In this document: positions 1 through 10,333 of the stretch, in pieces
Layout of the letters: every line of letters starts with the position of its first letter
Numbering within the stretch: position 1 is the first letter of the stretch
From: an uncultured bacterium
GTDB taxonomy: Bacteria; Babelota; Babeliae; Babelales; Babelaceae
NCBI GenBank assembly: GCA_963717435.1
Contig: OY970332.1
Coordinates: 800,001-864,000 of the forward strand
Reading direction: 5' to 3'
Length of the DNA stretch: 64,000 nt
Translations under genes and position numbers: made by a program
The notes under the pieces: model-generated
The model's database searches: none
What the model was told of the DNA's origin: nothing
Seen by the model: the letters and a program-made list of their open reading frames with translations, nothing else

Positions 1-141
1 GAGCATATTAAGATGAAATACAAAACTCTGGTCGACAGTTTTGCATATCTCAAAAATAATACAGACGTTCAAGATAAACTTTACGAAATTATTATATCGA
101 TATTAAACGAGGCATACCAAACCATATCCCAGAATTTTTAG
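1..141 (+). CDS. 3' end of a hypothetical protein (partial, runs off window start)
   Basis: Frame 1 is open from base 1 (EHIKMKYKTL...) to TAG at 139-141; convergent with gltX. Confidence 0.5.
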   Translation, partial: EHIKMKYKTLVDSFAYLKNNTDVQDKLYEIIISILNEAYQTISQNF

Positions 142-146
142 GACCC

Positions 147-233
147 ATCCCTCGATACACCCAGGCTACGCTAAAGCTTCCGACTTCGCCAAGGCTTCGA
201 CGGACGCGACGCCGGGCACTCGGGACGAGCGGG
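147..233 (-). repeat. Palindromic element (type A) with two small hairpin modules (type B) nested inside
   Basis: ATCCCTCGATAC...CACTCGGGACGAGCGG is the reverse complement of the element ends; interior holds GGCTACGCTAAAGCTTC and CCGACTTCGCCAAGGCTTCGACGG. Confidence 0.9.
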
Positions 234-276
234 TGTGTAGAATTAACTGAGATTGGCTTTAAAACTTAACTGGATT

Positions 277-1716
277 TTAGAGAATAGATAATATTCTTTC
301 AGTTGCTTCTTGGGTTCCCAACATACTAATAAGATCTTTTATGCTCGGCCCATTTTCGATGCCCATTAAAGATATTCTTAGTATCCCGTAAAGATTACTC
401 TTACTGGCAAGATTTTTTTGCTTGCACGTAGCTTGTAGGTTATTAATAAATAACTGCGGGTTATTAATAGAGCCAGATTTCAGCTCAGCTTTTATTATAT
501 CTTTGAATTCTGAGATATTTAGCTTCTCTAAATTTTCTTTAATATCTTGGGTGATTTTTGGACGCTCAAAATAGAAAGCCAGCCTGTCAGCTGCTTCAAC
601 CAGCGTGAACAGTTCACTGTGAACAAATTTAAGTAGACTCTCAAGTTGATCTTCTGTCAGATTTTTTGCAGACGCAAATCTGTTTTCTATAAACGGTCTT
701 GTTCTTACTGCTAGCTCTTTTATATCAAGAAGTTTTAGCCAGCTATGGTTAACCCAGCGTAGCTTTTCAAGATCGTACCGTATTTTACTAGTTGAAGCGA
801 TCTCTTCAAAATTAAGCTCTTTTGATAGCCCTTCAAGATTCATGATCTCTTTTTTGAACGATCCGCCAATAATTGCAAGATAGTTGCATATAGCTTCAGG
901 TATGAACCCTGAATTTTTAAGATCATCAAGCGAAAAGCCGAAGTCTCTCTTGGATAGCTTTTTGCCCTCATGATTTATAATTATGGGCAGGTGCCAAAAA
1001 ACTGGGATAGGGGCGTTAAAGGCCTCGTATAGTGCAACTTGTCCTGCAGTGTTTGTAAGATGGTCCTCACCTCTGAATATATGGGATATTTTCATCACCA
1101 TATCGTCCACGAAGTTGGCAAACATAAATGTAAAACTGCCATCTTGCCGGGTTAGGGCAAAGTCTGAAAAATGGCTAAGATCAAAACTCATGTTCTTGTG
1201 GCCAAGATCAAAAAAGTTAACTTTTTTTGTTGAGTCTAACTTGAAGCGCCAAATAAACGGCATATTTTTTGCCAAATTTTCTTCTATTTTCTCTTTTGGC
1301 AGATTAAGACAGGTACGGTCATACTTTGGGGGTAGCTTTAAAGCTAGTTGGCGCTGTCTCTTTCTTTCAAGCTCTTCTTGGGTGCAGAAGCATCTATAAA
1401 CCAGATTTTTAGTTTTTAAAATCTCAAGATGGGTTTTGTATATCTCTGTCCGTTCAGATTGGTAATATGGCCCATACTTTTCTGCTCTACCCGGTCCCTC
1501 ATCAAACTCAAGATGCAGCCAGGAAAGATCGGCCATAATTTTATTTGCTCGAGGGTCGACATTGCGCTGTTCGTCCGTATCTTCTATGCGTAAAATGAAC
1601 GTGCCATTTTTCTGCTTTGCAAATAGATAATTGATTAAGGCTGCCCTTACATTACCCAGATGCATAACCCCAGTTGGTGAAGGGGCAAAGCGTACGCGTA
1701 TAGAACTATTATTCAT
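277..1716 (-). CDS. gltX: Glutamate--tRNA ligase
   Basis: RVRFAPSPTG, HLGN (HIGH-like), LRIEDTD, RGEDH, KLSKR (KMSKS-like); start placed at second Met of the ORF. Confidence 0.97.
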   Translation of the reverse strand: MNNSSIRVRFAPSPTGVMHLGNVRAALINYLFAKQKNGTFILRIEDTDEQRNVDPRANKIMADLSWLHLEFDEGPGRAEKYGPYYQSERTEIYKTHLEILKTKNLVYRCFCTQEELERKRQRQLALKLPPKYDRTCLNLPKEKIEENLAKNMPFIWRFKLDSTKKVNFFDLGHKNMSFDLSHFSDFALTRQDGSFTFMFANFVDDMVMKISHIFRGEDHLTNTAGQVALYEAFNAPIPVFWHLPIIINHEGKKLSKRDFGFSLDDLKNSGFIPEAICNYLAIIGGSFKKEIMNLEGLSKELNFEEIASTSKIRYDLEKLRWVNHSWLKLLDIKELAVRTRPFIENRFASAKNLTEDQLESLLKFVHSELFTLVEAADRLAFYFERPKITQDIKENLEKLNISEFKDIIKAELKSGSINNPQLFINNLQATCKQKNLASKSNLYGILRISLMGIENGPSIKDLISMLGTQEATERILSIL

Positions 1717-1863
1717 CGCAAATCCTGTCAAATCCTGAACTATTTTTTAATTTAAAAAACTGACTTTAGCTTTAATATACTACAAAAAAGTTATCTTTGA
1801 CATATGTAAATTAATTTTGTTAGGGTTATCGCAAAAAGGAACTCTTTAAAAAAGGAGAATAGT

Positions 1864-2142
1864 ATGAATAAGTGTGTACGAATAACCTGCAGTCTTTCAA
1901 AATTTAATGCAAAGATCCCTCCCGAGATACAGAAATATGCCAAAAAATATATTGTTGAGGGATTTGTTCAGGTCGCTCCTGAACAGCTCCAGATAACAGC
2001 CTGCGGCCTTAAAGATAACGTAGATTTGTTTGTCGATATTATACACAAGATCTGTGTTCAGGACCCGGAAAAAGATCTTCTTGAGGTTGAGCCATTTTTG
2101 AAGGACAAAGATTACCGGGGTATATTTAGAATAATAGAGTAA
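1864..2142 (+). CDS. Acylphosphatase-fold protein, apparently degenerate
   Basis: 92 aa; AcyP-like pattern (A..Y.VEGFVQ...QITACG...VDLFV...F.II) without the GxVQGVxFR loop; AGGAG RBS. Confidence 0.55.
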   Translation: MNKCVRITCSLSKFNAKIPPEIQKYAKKYIVEGFVQVAPEQLQITACGLKDNVDLFVDIIHKICVQDPEKDLLEVEPFLKDKDYRGIFRIIE

Positions 2143-2220
2143 TTTTGCTTATATTTCCCCCAAGAAATTATTAAATAGTTATGCTATAATAACTCTGTTT
2201 AGTGGTTTTTTGGGGGGACA

Positions 2221-5200
2221 GTGAGACTTATTAGCTTTATCACAAGATATATTAAATTTTTTTGGGTTCTTGTCTTTACCAGTTTTTTAAGTTTTTTAAT
2301 TAACGCTTCCGGTTTTGATATAGATTTGAATTTGGATTGGCAAAAAATCGGGTCGATTTTGGATACAAAATTGCCAGATAAATTTCTGCTTTCAAGTTTT
2401 GATTTAGAATCTGATTTGTCTATAGACAATTTTGAAAAAAACTTGCTGTTTGATTTTGAGATTGGCAAAACTCTGTCGCGTGACAAAATTAAATTTGTGT
2501 TGCTAAATTTGCGAAAAAAGAGCCGATTTGAGTCTGTTAGAGTTGAGCTTGAAGAATTAAAACCCAACAACTATAAACTATTTTTAAGACTAAAAAGTTT
2601 TTGGATATTCTCCAAAGTTAAAATAAAAACCAGAATCTCAGATAAAAACAGATATTTGCAGAGCTATCTTTTAAAGTTTGGCGAAAAATTTGATAAAGAA
2701 AAGCATCAGCATTCTGTAGAAAAAATAAAAAGTGAGCTGCAAGCTGACGGCTACTTGGGCGCCAATGTAATAGACGAAATAAAACTTGATGAAGCAAGAA
2801 AAACTGTTTCTGTTAATTTGACATTAGAAAACTTGAAAAAGTTTGTTATAAATAGTTTCGATATTAAAATTACTTCAACAAGTGGCGAATTTGAAGATAA
2901 AAATCTGCTGCATAGTAAGCTTTTAAAAATTGCCAATTCTGATCTTAATAATAGTTACTATAACAAAGCTGTTATAGATAAATTTGCTCAAACAGTTAAA
3001 AATTATTTATTTAAACACGGCTATTTTGTAGGCAAGATAGGCTTTCAAAATTTTATCGATTATAAAAATCATAAAGTAAAAACTGATTTCTCTGTAGAAC
3101 TTGCCTATAAGAAAAAGCTTATCTTTTTTGGTAACCATTTTTTTGATAATAATCAGTTGATTTCTGAATTAGTAGTTTTTGGTCAGTCTGCGCTTTTAAT
3201 GCCCGCCTCTATGCTTGTTGACCAACTTGAGACTTTATATAAAAAACGGGGATTTTGGGACATCAAGATAGATTACAGGGACGAGCAGGGTTCTTATTAT
3301 TTTGTTATTAACGAGGGTTGTAGGGCAAAGATAGATTGCGTTGAGATTATTGGTGCAAGTCTTGATAGCAAGCTTGATAATAAGCTTGAAAATAATTATC
3401 AAGAGTTAATTAACAGTTGTTTTGGTGAGCTAACAAAATCTAAATTTTTTGATTCCCAAACATTAAAGCAGTCGTTAGATAAGCTCAAAAATAGATACAT
3501 GCAAGATGGTTTTTGGGATTTTTCAGTTATTGAACAAAAATTTGTGTCTGTTAATTCAGAAAGTAATTTAGAAAGTAATTCAAAAAATAGCCCCGAAAAT
3601 AATTCGGGAAATTACAAACTTATTTTGCAAATAGAAGAGGGTCCGCAAAGACTTCTTGGGCAAGTAGAAATAGAACGTTTTCCGGAACTATTGCAAATGG
3701 GACCATTTGCAGATTTTTATCAACTAAAAACAGCTGTCCCGTTTAATATTAATATTATAAAAGAGCAGCGGGATTATATCTCTAATTATTTAAAACAAAA
3801 CGGTTATATTTACACTTATTGTAACCCGGAATTTGTTCAAGATAATAATACTAATAATAATTCGGGCTTATTAAAGCTTGTTTGGAAAATCGTTGGCGAA
3901 ACTAAACCGGTCAGGTTTGGAAAAACAATAATCCAAACCAATTCGAAGGTTCCAACAGAAATTATAATGCGTGAGCTTGATTATAAAGAAGGGCAAATTT
4001 GGAGCAAAGAGAAGCTTGAGCGTTCTTTGAAAAATTTAAAAAATTTATCGATGTTTGAATATGTTACTTTGGCCCCATCAGAATTTAACAAAGCCGAAGA
4101 GAATAAAGACATAATATTAAAAGCGCTGTCAGACGACCCGTTTGAGATCAGAACGCGTATCGGGTTTCAGCTTGTTAGTAATAATCTTATAATTTTTAAT
4201 GGCGGGTATAGTTACAAACTTGGTGGTAGCTTGCTATGGAAAAACCCGTTTAATCGAGCAGATATATTAAGAGTTGACGCAGATTTTTCTAGATATAAAT
4301 CAGATGTTGTTGCCGCTTATGAAGTTCCCTGGATTTTTGGCTCATCGATAAGAACAACTTTTAAGGGTTATCGATCACGATATGATCAGCCATTTGTTTT
4401 TGGCTCACCGCAAATTTTATATAAAGCTTCTCAAGAGGGAATTTTGGTTGAGTTGAATAAAAATTTTAGCCATTGCGATTTTGTCTCTAATTTTGGTTTT
4501 GAATTTATGAAAATTAGCGATCTTTCACGTACGCTCGCAGCTTTTATAGACTACTGCCCAATACTTGTCGATTGCAGGATCCCGTATCTGTTTTTTGAGC
4601 CATCTATTTTTATCGACCATCTTGATAATAAATTAGAGCCGTCGCATGGCAGTTTAACTGTTATGTCTTCAAAACTTATGGGCGCACCACATTTGCCTAG
4701 ATCTTACTTTTTTAAAATATTATTTGAACGATCAAATTTTTACCCAATATTAAGTAATATCTCTAATAATATAGTCGGTGCGTTTAGGTTGCGCTTTGGC
4801 TATATTTTTAACCCAGAGTTTAGCAATATTAACCCGATAGAAAGATTTTATCTTGGCGGTGCTTATTCAGTTAGAGGCTACGAACAAGATAAGGCCCCGC
4901 CTGTAAATTTCACGAAACTATCTCCAACTGGTCAACCTGAATGTATTGTTCAGCTTGGCGGAAAAGCGATGGTTAATATTAACACAGAGCTTAGATTCCC
5001 GATTTACCAATCTTTTTCTGGGGTTGTTTTTAATGATATCGGCGCACTTGCCCAAGATAAAATTACAGATATTATCACAAGTAATTTTGTCGGTTCTACT
5101 GGTTTTGGGCTTCGTTATAACACACCTGTAGGCGCACTTAGATTTGATCTTGGATTTAAATGGAAAAAACGCTTTGTTGGCGACTCGCCATATGCATGGT

Positions 5201-5226
5201 TCTTGACGCTTGGAGAAGCGTTTTAA
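2221..5226 (+). CDS. Omp85 family (BamA/TamA-like) outer membrane protein with POTRA domains
   Basis: ERFYLGGAYSVRGY motif, GFGLRYNTPVGALRFDLG, terminal Phe; N-terminal signal and POTRA-like repeats. Confidence 0.92.
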   Translation: MRLISFITRYIKFFWVLVFTSFLSFLINASGFDIDLNLDWQKIGSILDTKLPDKFLLSSFDLESDLSIDNFEKNLLFDFEIGKTLSRDKIKFVLLNLRKKSRFESVRVELEELKPNNYKLFLRLKSFWIFSKVKIKTRISDKNRYLQSYLLKFGEKFDKEKHQHSVEKIKSELQADGYLGANVIDEIKLDEARKTVSVNLTLENLKKFVINSFDIKITSTSGEFEDKNLLHSKLLKIANSDLNNSYYNKAVIDKFAQTVKNYLFKHGYFVGKIGFQNFIDYKNHKVKTDFSVELAYKKKLIFFGNHFFDNNQLISELVVFGQSALLMPASMLVDQLETLYKKRGFWDIKIDYRDEQGSYYFVINEGCRAKIDCVEIIGASLDSKLDNKLENNYQELINSCFGELTKSKFFDSQTLKQSLDKLKNRYMQDGFWDFSVIEQKFVSVNSESNLESNSKNSPENNSGNYKLILQIEEGPQRLLGQVEIERFPELLQMGPFADFYQLKTAVPFNINIIKEQRDYISNYLKQNGYIYTYCNPEFVQDNNTNNNSGLLKLVWKIVGETKPVRFGKTIIQTNSKVPTEIIMRELDYKEGQIWSKEKLERSLKNLKNLSMFEYVTLAPSEFNKAEENKDIILKALSDDPFEIRTRIGFQLVSNNLIIFNGGYSYKLGGSLLWKNPFNRADILRVDADFSRYKSDVVAAYEVPWIFGSSIRTTFKGYRSRYDQPFVFGSPQILYKASQEGILVELNKNFSHCDFVSNFGFEFMKISDLSRTLAAFIDYCPILVDCRIPYLFFEPSIFIDHLDNKLEPSHGSLTVMSSKLMGAPHLPRSYFFKILFERSNFYPILSNISNNIVGAFRLRFGYIFNPEFSNINPIERFYLGGAYSVRGYEQDKAPPVNFTKLSPTGQPECIVQLGGKAMVNINTELRFPIYQSFSGVVFNDIGALAQDKITDIITSNFVGSTGFGLRYNTPVGALRFDLGFKWKKRFVGDSPYAWFLTLGEAF

Positions 5227-5328
5227 TTAAAACACTTCTAATTAAAAAAATTGATAAATTTAAGAAAAAGTTGATACTAGAGTAAATTTATTTTTGCTTG
5301 TTTCTAATAATTAATTCGGGAGAAGTTT

Positions 5329-6624
5329 GTGTTTTTGTTATTATTTTTTTCACTAATTAGCACTTTTTGTCAAAATTTAATTAGCGCAAATCCGGATATA
5401 TATAACTATCCCGGAGGCAATGGGAATTTGGGTTTTGGCGGGTATTATAATACAAGTTTTAAAACTGGAAATCTGTTGGCATATAGAATAGGTACAGATC
5501 AAGGTAGCTTTATTTATCTGACACGTTTTTCCAATGGCTCTGCGCAAAATGTATTACAGGTTCCGGGTAGTAATCTTGGTTATGACGGCCCATACAACTG
5601 GTGGAAAATTAGAGATGACGGAAAACTTTTTGCGTGTAACATGCTACAAGATAATTCGATTGCTGTTTTTGAAACCAGTCAGGGCAAGCAAATTATAAAT
5701 TTGCCGTCATACCAAAATAACTACAATTCTTATTTGCATTTTGATAAAACTGGACGATATATTTACAGCTTGGTTGGCAACGATTTTTATGATAGTAGCA
5801 TAACAGGCGGTGTGATATGGGATCTTAAGCAGCAAAATCTTCCCAGATATTTTAAGTACCAAGATTCGCCCTATGTTCAGAATACAAAATACTGGAGAGT
5901 GATGCCCAAGTTTGTCAAAGCACCGGATGGCTCCTCAAGATTATTAACGTGCTATCAAAACTTGATCTATATTTACAACTGTGAAACTGGCGCTGTGATT
6001 TCTGCCACTCAAGTTGACGGAATTATTTATGAGCTATCTTATGACACACAAAATAATCGTATTCTTGTTGCTTTAAGTAAACCAGATACTGCTGAATATT
6101 TTCCAGAAATACAAGACTGGTGGGGTCAAGATAAATTTAGAATTTTAAGCTTCGATATAGATTTAAAGTCGCAAAAAATTTTATCGGGTTGGAGCGTTCA
6201 GTGCAAAGGGATATGCTTTGGTGAAGATGGAAGCCGATTGGCTGTAAAATTTGCAGGAGCTGATCCGGTTAAATCTCCGGGCCTTATTAATTTATATAAA
6301 ATAGACGGCGACAAAATTATTGACGGGCCGATTTTATATCATCCGGGCCCGTATAAGAATTATGGTGATCGCCCATATGAAGCGTTAATGTTCAAATTTA
6401 ATGAATCTGGAAGTAGATTAATTTCCAATACCAACTTTTGGTATAATGTCACGCTTGAATCACAAACTGTAATATTATGGGAGACAGGCACCGGTCAAGT
6501 TATACAAAAGATAACACATGGCGACTTTGGTGCCGACTTTGAAGATGTCTGTTACTCAGAAGATGAATTCGGAGGATCGATAGTGCTTATGGGCTATTTT
6601 CAATTTGGCGTATGGGATATATAA
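5329..6624 (+). CDS. Secreted WD40-like beta-propeller protein (copy 1)
   Basis: Signal peptide; repeated blades ending in VFET/IWDL/IYNC/LWET/VWDI. Confidence 0.8.
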   Translation: MFLLLFFSLISTFCQNLISANPDIYNYPGGNGNLGFGGYYNTSFKTGNLLAYRIGTDQGSFIYLTRFSNGSAQNVLQVPGSNLGYDGPYNWWKIRDDGKLFACNMLQDNSIAVFETSQGKQIINLPSYQNNYNSYLHFDKTGRYIYSLVGNDFYDSSITGGVIWDLKQQNLPRYFKYQDSPYVQNTKYWRVMPKFVKAPDGSSRLLTCYQNLIYIYNCETGAVISATQVDGIIYELSYDTQNNRILVALSKPDTAEYFPEIQDWWGQDKFRILSFDIDLKSQKILSGWSVQCKGICFGEDGSRLAVKFAGADPVKSPGLINLYKIDGDKIIDGPILYHPGPYKNYGDRPYEALMFKFNESGSRLISNTNFWYNVTLESQTVILWETGTGQVIQKITHGDFGADFEDVCYSEDEFGGSIVLMGYFQFGVWDI

Positions 6625-6652
6625 AATTTGTTAATTAATTCAGGAGCGAATT

Positions 6653-7982
6653 ATGGTTTTCTTATTACTTTTTTCACTAATTACTGTTTTTTGCCAAAAT
6701 TTAATTTCCAAAGAAACCCCGCTTAAATATTCTCAAGTTAACGCAAATCCGGATATATATGACTATCCTGGAGGCAAAGGGAATAGTTTTTTTGGCGGCT
6801 ATTATACGTCAAGTTTCAAAACTGGAAACCTTTTGGCCTATAGAGTGGGGACAGATAAAGGTGGCTTTATTTATTTGACACGTTTTGCCAATGGCTCTGC
6901 GCAAAATGTATTGCAGGTTCCGGCTAGTAATCTTTCTTATAACGGCGAATATAACTGGTGGAAAATTAGAGATGACGGAGCTCTTTTTGCCAGCAACATG
7001 TTACAAGATAATTCGATTAGTGTTTTTGAAACTGGTCAGGGCAAGCAGATTTTAAATTTTCCGTCATACGAAAATAGCTGCAATTCTTATTTGCATTTTG
7101 ATAAAACTGGGCGATATATTTACAGCTTGGTTCAAAAACTTTTACGATAGTTACATATATGGTGGGGTGATATGGGATCTTCAGCAACAAAACCCTCCCA
7201 GATATTTTAAGTACCAAGATTCGCCCTATGTTCAGAATACAAAATACTGGAGAGTGATGCCCAAATTCATCGAAGCACCGGATGGCTCTCCAAGATTATT
7301 AACATGCTATCAGAACTTGATCTATATTTACAACTGTGAAACTGGCCTAACAATTTCTGCTACTCAAGTTGACGGAATTGTTTATGGATTATCTTATGAC
7401 ACACAAAATAATCGTATTCTTGTTGCTTTAAGTAAACCAGATACTGCTGAATATTTTCCAGAAATACAAGACTGGTGGGGTCAAGATAAATTTAGAATTT
7501 TAAGCTTCGATATAGATTTAAAGTCGCAAAAAATTTTATCGGGTTGGAGCGTTCAGTGCAAAGGGATATGCTTTGGTGAAGATGGAAGCCGATTGGCTGT
7601 AAAATTCGAAGGGGACGATCTAATTAAATCTCCGGGCATTATTAATTTATATAAAATAGACGGCGACAAAATTAGTGATGGGCCGATTTTATATCATCCG
7701 GGACCGTATAATAATTATATTGAGTTGGAATACCAAGCACTAATTTTCAAATTTAATGAATCCGGAAGTAGATTAATTTCCAACAGCAACTTTGAGTATG
7801 CCCCATGGATGAATCGGGACCAAACTGTGATGTTATGGGAGACAGATACCGGTCAAGTTATAGAAAATATAACACATGGCGACTTTGGTTATGACTTTAA
7901 TGACGTCTGTTATTCGGAAGATGAATTTGGGGGATCGATAGTTCTTATGGGCTATGAAAACTTTGGTGTATGGGATATATAA
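6653..7982 (+). pseudogene. Secreted beta-propeller paralog (copy 2) split by a frameshift near 7133-7143
   Basis: ORFs 6653..7150 and 7098..7982 together align end to end with copy 1; 7 nt (CAAAAAC) replace 9 nt (GGCAACGAT). Confidence 0.8.
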
Positions 7983-8070
7983 AATTTATTTGTAATTTTG
8001 TTGTTTTGCTTAGCGAAAAAAATAATACTTGCTGGTTTGTTTATTGCTATTACTAAATCGGGAGAGAGTT

Positions 8071-9507
8071 ATGTTCTTGCCGTTATTATTTTTACTAGTT
8101 AATAGTTTATATTCTATGGAGCTACCGGAACAGGCGGCGCAGGATAAGTTGGAGAAGTTCTCAGTGGCAGTTTTGCCATCAAAAGTTAAAAGCTTAAAAA
8201 AGTGCGCAAGTGAAGCTGTCATGCGCGATCTTTTTTCCACTGTTAAAAGAAAAGAAAGACAAGAAAAAATAAATAAAATTATGCCAGATCTTTTTGAGAG
8301 TTTGCTTGATGCCCTTCCCGAGGCGATAAATATTAATCTGCTTCCAAGACTTTGGTATTGGTCAAGATCAAGGCCGGCAACCCTGAAAATCGGCCCGCAT
8401 GACAAAAACGTGATACTTAGCCCTTGTGGGAATTATATATGTTACCGTGAAGATTCTGTATTTAAAGAATTGGTTGTAATAAATCGCAAGGGAAAAAAAG
8501 TTTTATCCGAAATTCTGATACATCCATGGCAAATATCAAGTTTCGCCTTCAGCCCATGCGGCAAATATTTGGCCGTTGCGCAGGGCAACCGGGTTGATAT
8601 TTATGATATTGAGACCCCATTTAACACCGTAAAATTTATCCATAAAGATAATTCTGGTTTTATAGTTAATTGCTGCTGGAGTCCCTGTGGTAAATATATA
8701 CTGACTATGTTTTGCCCAAATAGAAATACGGTATATTATGATAAGCCGCTGGTTTTGTGGGATCTGGAATCTGGAGATACCAAATATTTTAAACATAACG
8801 GCGTACCCAATCTTATATGCTTTAGTCGAGAAGAAAAATATTTGCTCACACATGTTCAAGGCAAAATATTGTTTTGGGATATGAAAACTGGTAATAATAT
8901 TTTTCAACTACCAGTTTATGGTCAAATAAAAACCTTTTTTTTAAGTTCAGATAATAAATATCTTGTTCTGTTGACCAACTTTTCTCCAGCACTTTATGGC
9001 CTCAACAGATCCGAAATATTACTTTATGATACTCAAGATTTTAAGCAGCCCCCATCGGTTTTCAGATCTTTTGATAAACAAATACATAGTGGTTCGGTTC
9101 GCGAAAATTCGGATCAGTTATTTATTAAATTTGAAGGCTCTCCAAGTGAGCTTCTTTTATTGAATTTAAATGGCAACATGTCGACTATTAAGCACGAAAA
9201 GGATGCAGGTTTTTTTCCAAGCAGATCGGGAAGATTACTGATTATCGCAAAAAATAATAAGGCGACCATATGGGACTGTGCATCTGGAAAAAGATGTTTT
9301 TCTCTAAAATTTAAATATCCGATTAACAATATTAATTTTGATTTTGACGGCACCATACTTTTGTCGACAGATCGGAGTATATCGCTTATCCCCACCCCTG
9401 AGGCTTTTTTAAGTAAAAAAGGGCTGATTGAGCCTGGCGGATTAGAAAAGTTTTTGAACGATTATTGTCGTCGCAAGCCCCAAAATACTGGCAAAAAGTT
9501 GGATTAA
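8071..9507 (+). CDS. Secreted WD40-repeat protein
   Basis: Repeated SPCGKY/LWD/FWD/IWD blades; signal peptide ending LYS-ME; ATG at 8071 after GGAGAG. Confidence 0.85.
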   Translation: MFLPLLFLLVNSLYSMELPEQAAQDKLEKFSVAVLPSKVKSLKKCASEAVMRDLFSTVKRKERQEKINKIMPDLFESLLDALPEAININLLPRLWYWSRSRPATLKIGPHDKNVILSPCGNYICYREDSVFKELVVINRKGKKVLSEILIHPWQISSFAFSPCGKYLAVAQGNRVDIYDIETPFNTVKFIHKDNSGFIVNCCWSPCGKYILTMFCPNRNTVYYDKPLVLWDLESGDTKYFKHNGVPNLICFSREEKYLLTHVQGKILFWDMKTGNNIFQLPVYGQIKTFFLSSDNKYLVLLTNFSPALYGLNRSEILLYDTQDFKQPPSVFRSFDKQIHSGSVRENSDQLFIKFEGSPSELLLLNLNGNMSTIKHEKDAGFFPSRSGRLLIIAKNNKATIWDCASGKRCFSLKFKYPINNINFDFDGTILLSTDRSISLIPTPEAFLSKKGLIEPGGLEKFLNDYCRRKPQNTGKKLD

Positions 9508-9612
9508 ATTAGATTTTAAGCATTTGGGCAATTTTCAAAAAACAGTATTTAGTGTAATATTAATCTAGTTTTAGGTAATAATAGTTTAATAATTTATTTA
9601 AGAAAAAATATT

Positions 9613-10317
9613 ATGAAAAACACAGATCACTTGACGCACGATTTAATGGGCCATGCCCATGAGGCCCATGGCCATAATGACCACTCACTTAAAGAAGAGC
9701 TTGTAACCCATTTGCCATATGCTATATTCTCTGTTGCTTTTGGGTTAATTCTATTAACTTTATTGAGCTATTTTTCTCTTTCAAACACCAATGCAAAAAG
9801 TTTCAAAACGGGCTACATGATGCTGTTTCACAGCTTTCACTTTTTGCATGTGTTATTCGCATCTACCGGTACAGTTTTAACTTTCTTGAGATTTTCAAAT
9901 AACAGATTTAAAGCCGTTATTGTTGGAACAATATCCCCAGTTATATTTTGTATTTTATCCGATATTTTCTTGCCATATATCGGTGGCATGATCTTGGGAC
10001 AAGCTATGCACCTGCATATCTGCTTTGTTAGTGAATGGGTTAATGTTCTGCCATTTTTAGTTGTTGGAATATTAAATGGCTTTTTGCTAGCTTCACATTA
10101 TTCTGAGTTTGGCAGAATATTCTCTGTCGGCTCCCATTTTGCCCATATCTTAATCAGTTCACTTGCTTCGCTATTTTATATGGTTTCCCATGGCTTTATT
10201 AATTGGCAACCACAAATGGGGCTCGTGTTTATTGTTTTAATTCTTGCTGTACTTTTACCTTGCACACTCTCTGACGTTGTTGTGCCTATGTACTTTGCTG
10301 GAAATAAAAAGAAATAG
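9613..10317 (+). CDS. Integral membrane protein with His-rich N-terminus (possible metal transport)
   Basis: About 7 hydrophobic segments; HAHEAHGHNDH N-terminus; intramembrane His (HSFHFLH, HFAH). Confidence 0.7.
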   Translation: MKNTDHLTHDLMGHAHEAHGHNDHSLKEELVTHLPYAIFSVAFGLILLTLLSYFSLSNTNAKSFKTGYMMLFHSFHFLHVLFASTGTVLTFLRFSNNRFKAVIVGTISPVIFCILSDIFLPYIGGMILGQAMHLHICFVSEWVNVLPFLVVGILNGFLLASHYSEFGRIFSVGSHFAHILISSLASLFYMVSHGFINWQPQMGLVFIVLILAVLLPCTLSDVVVPMYFAGNKKK

Positions 10318-10333
10318 TCTGAGAGATTATATT

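Noticed and set aside
5329-7982. Propeller pair as a diversity-generating retroelement (TR/VR)
   Set aside because: Differences are not adenine-specific, include indels, span the whole gene, and no reverse transcriptase is present.
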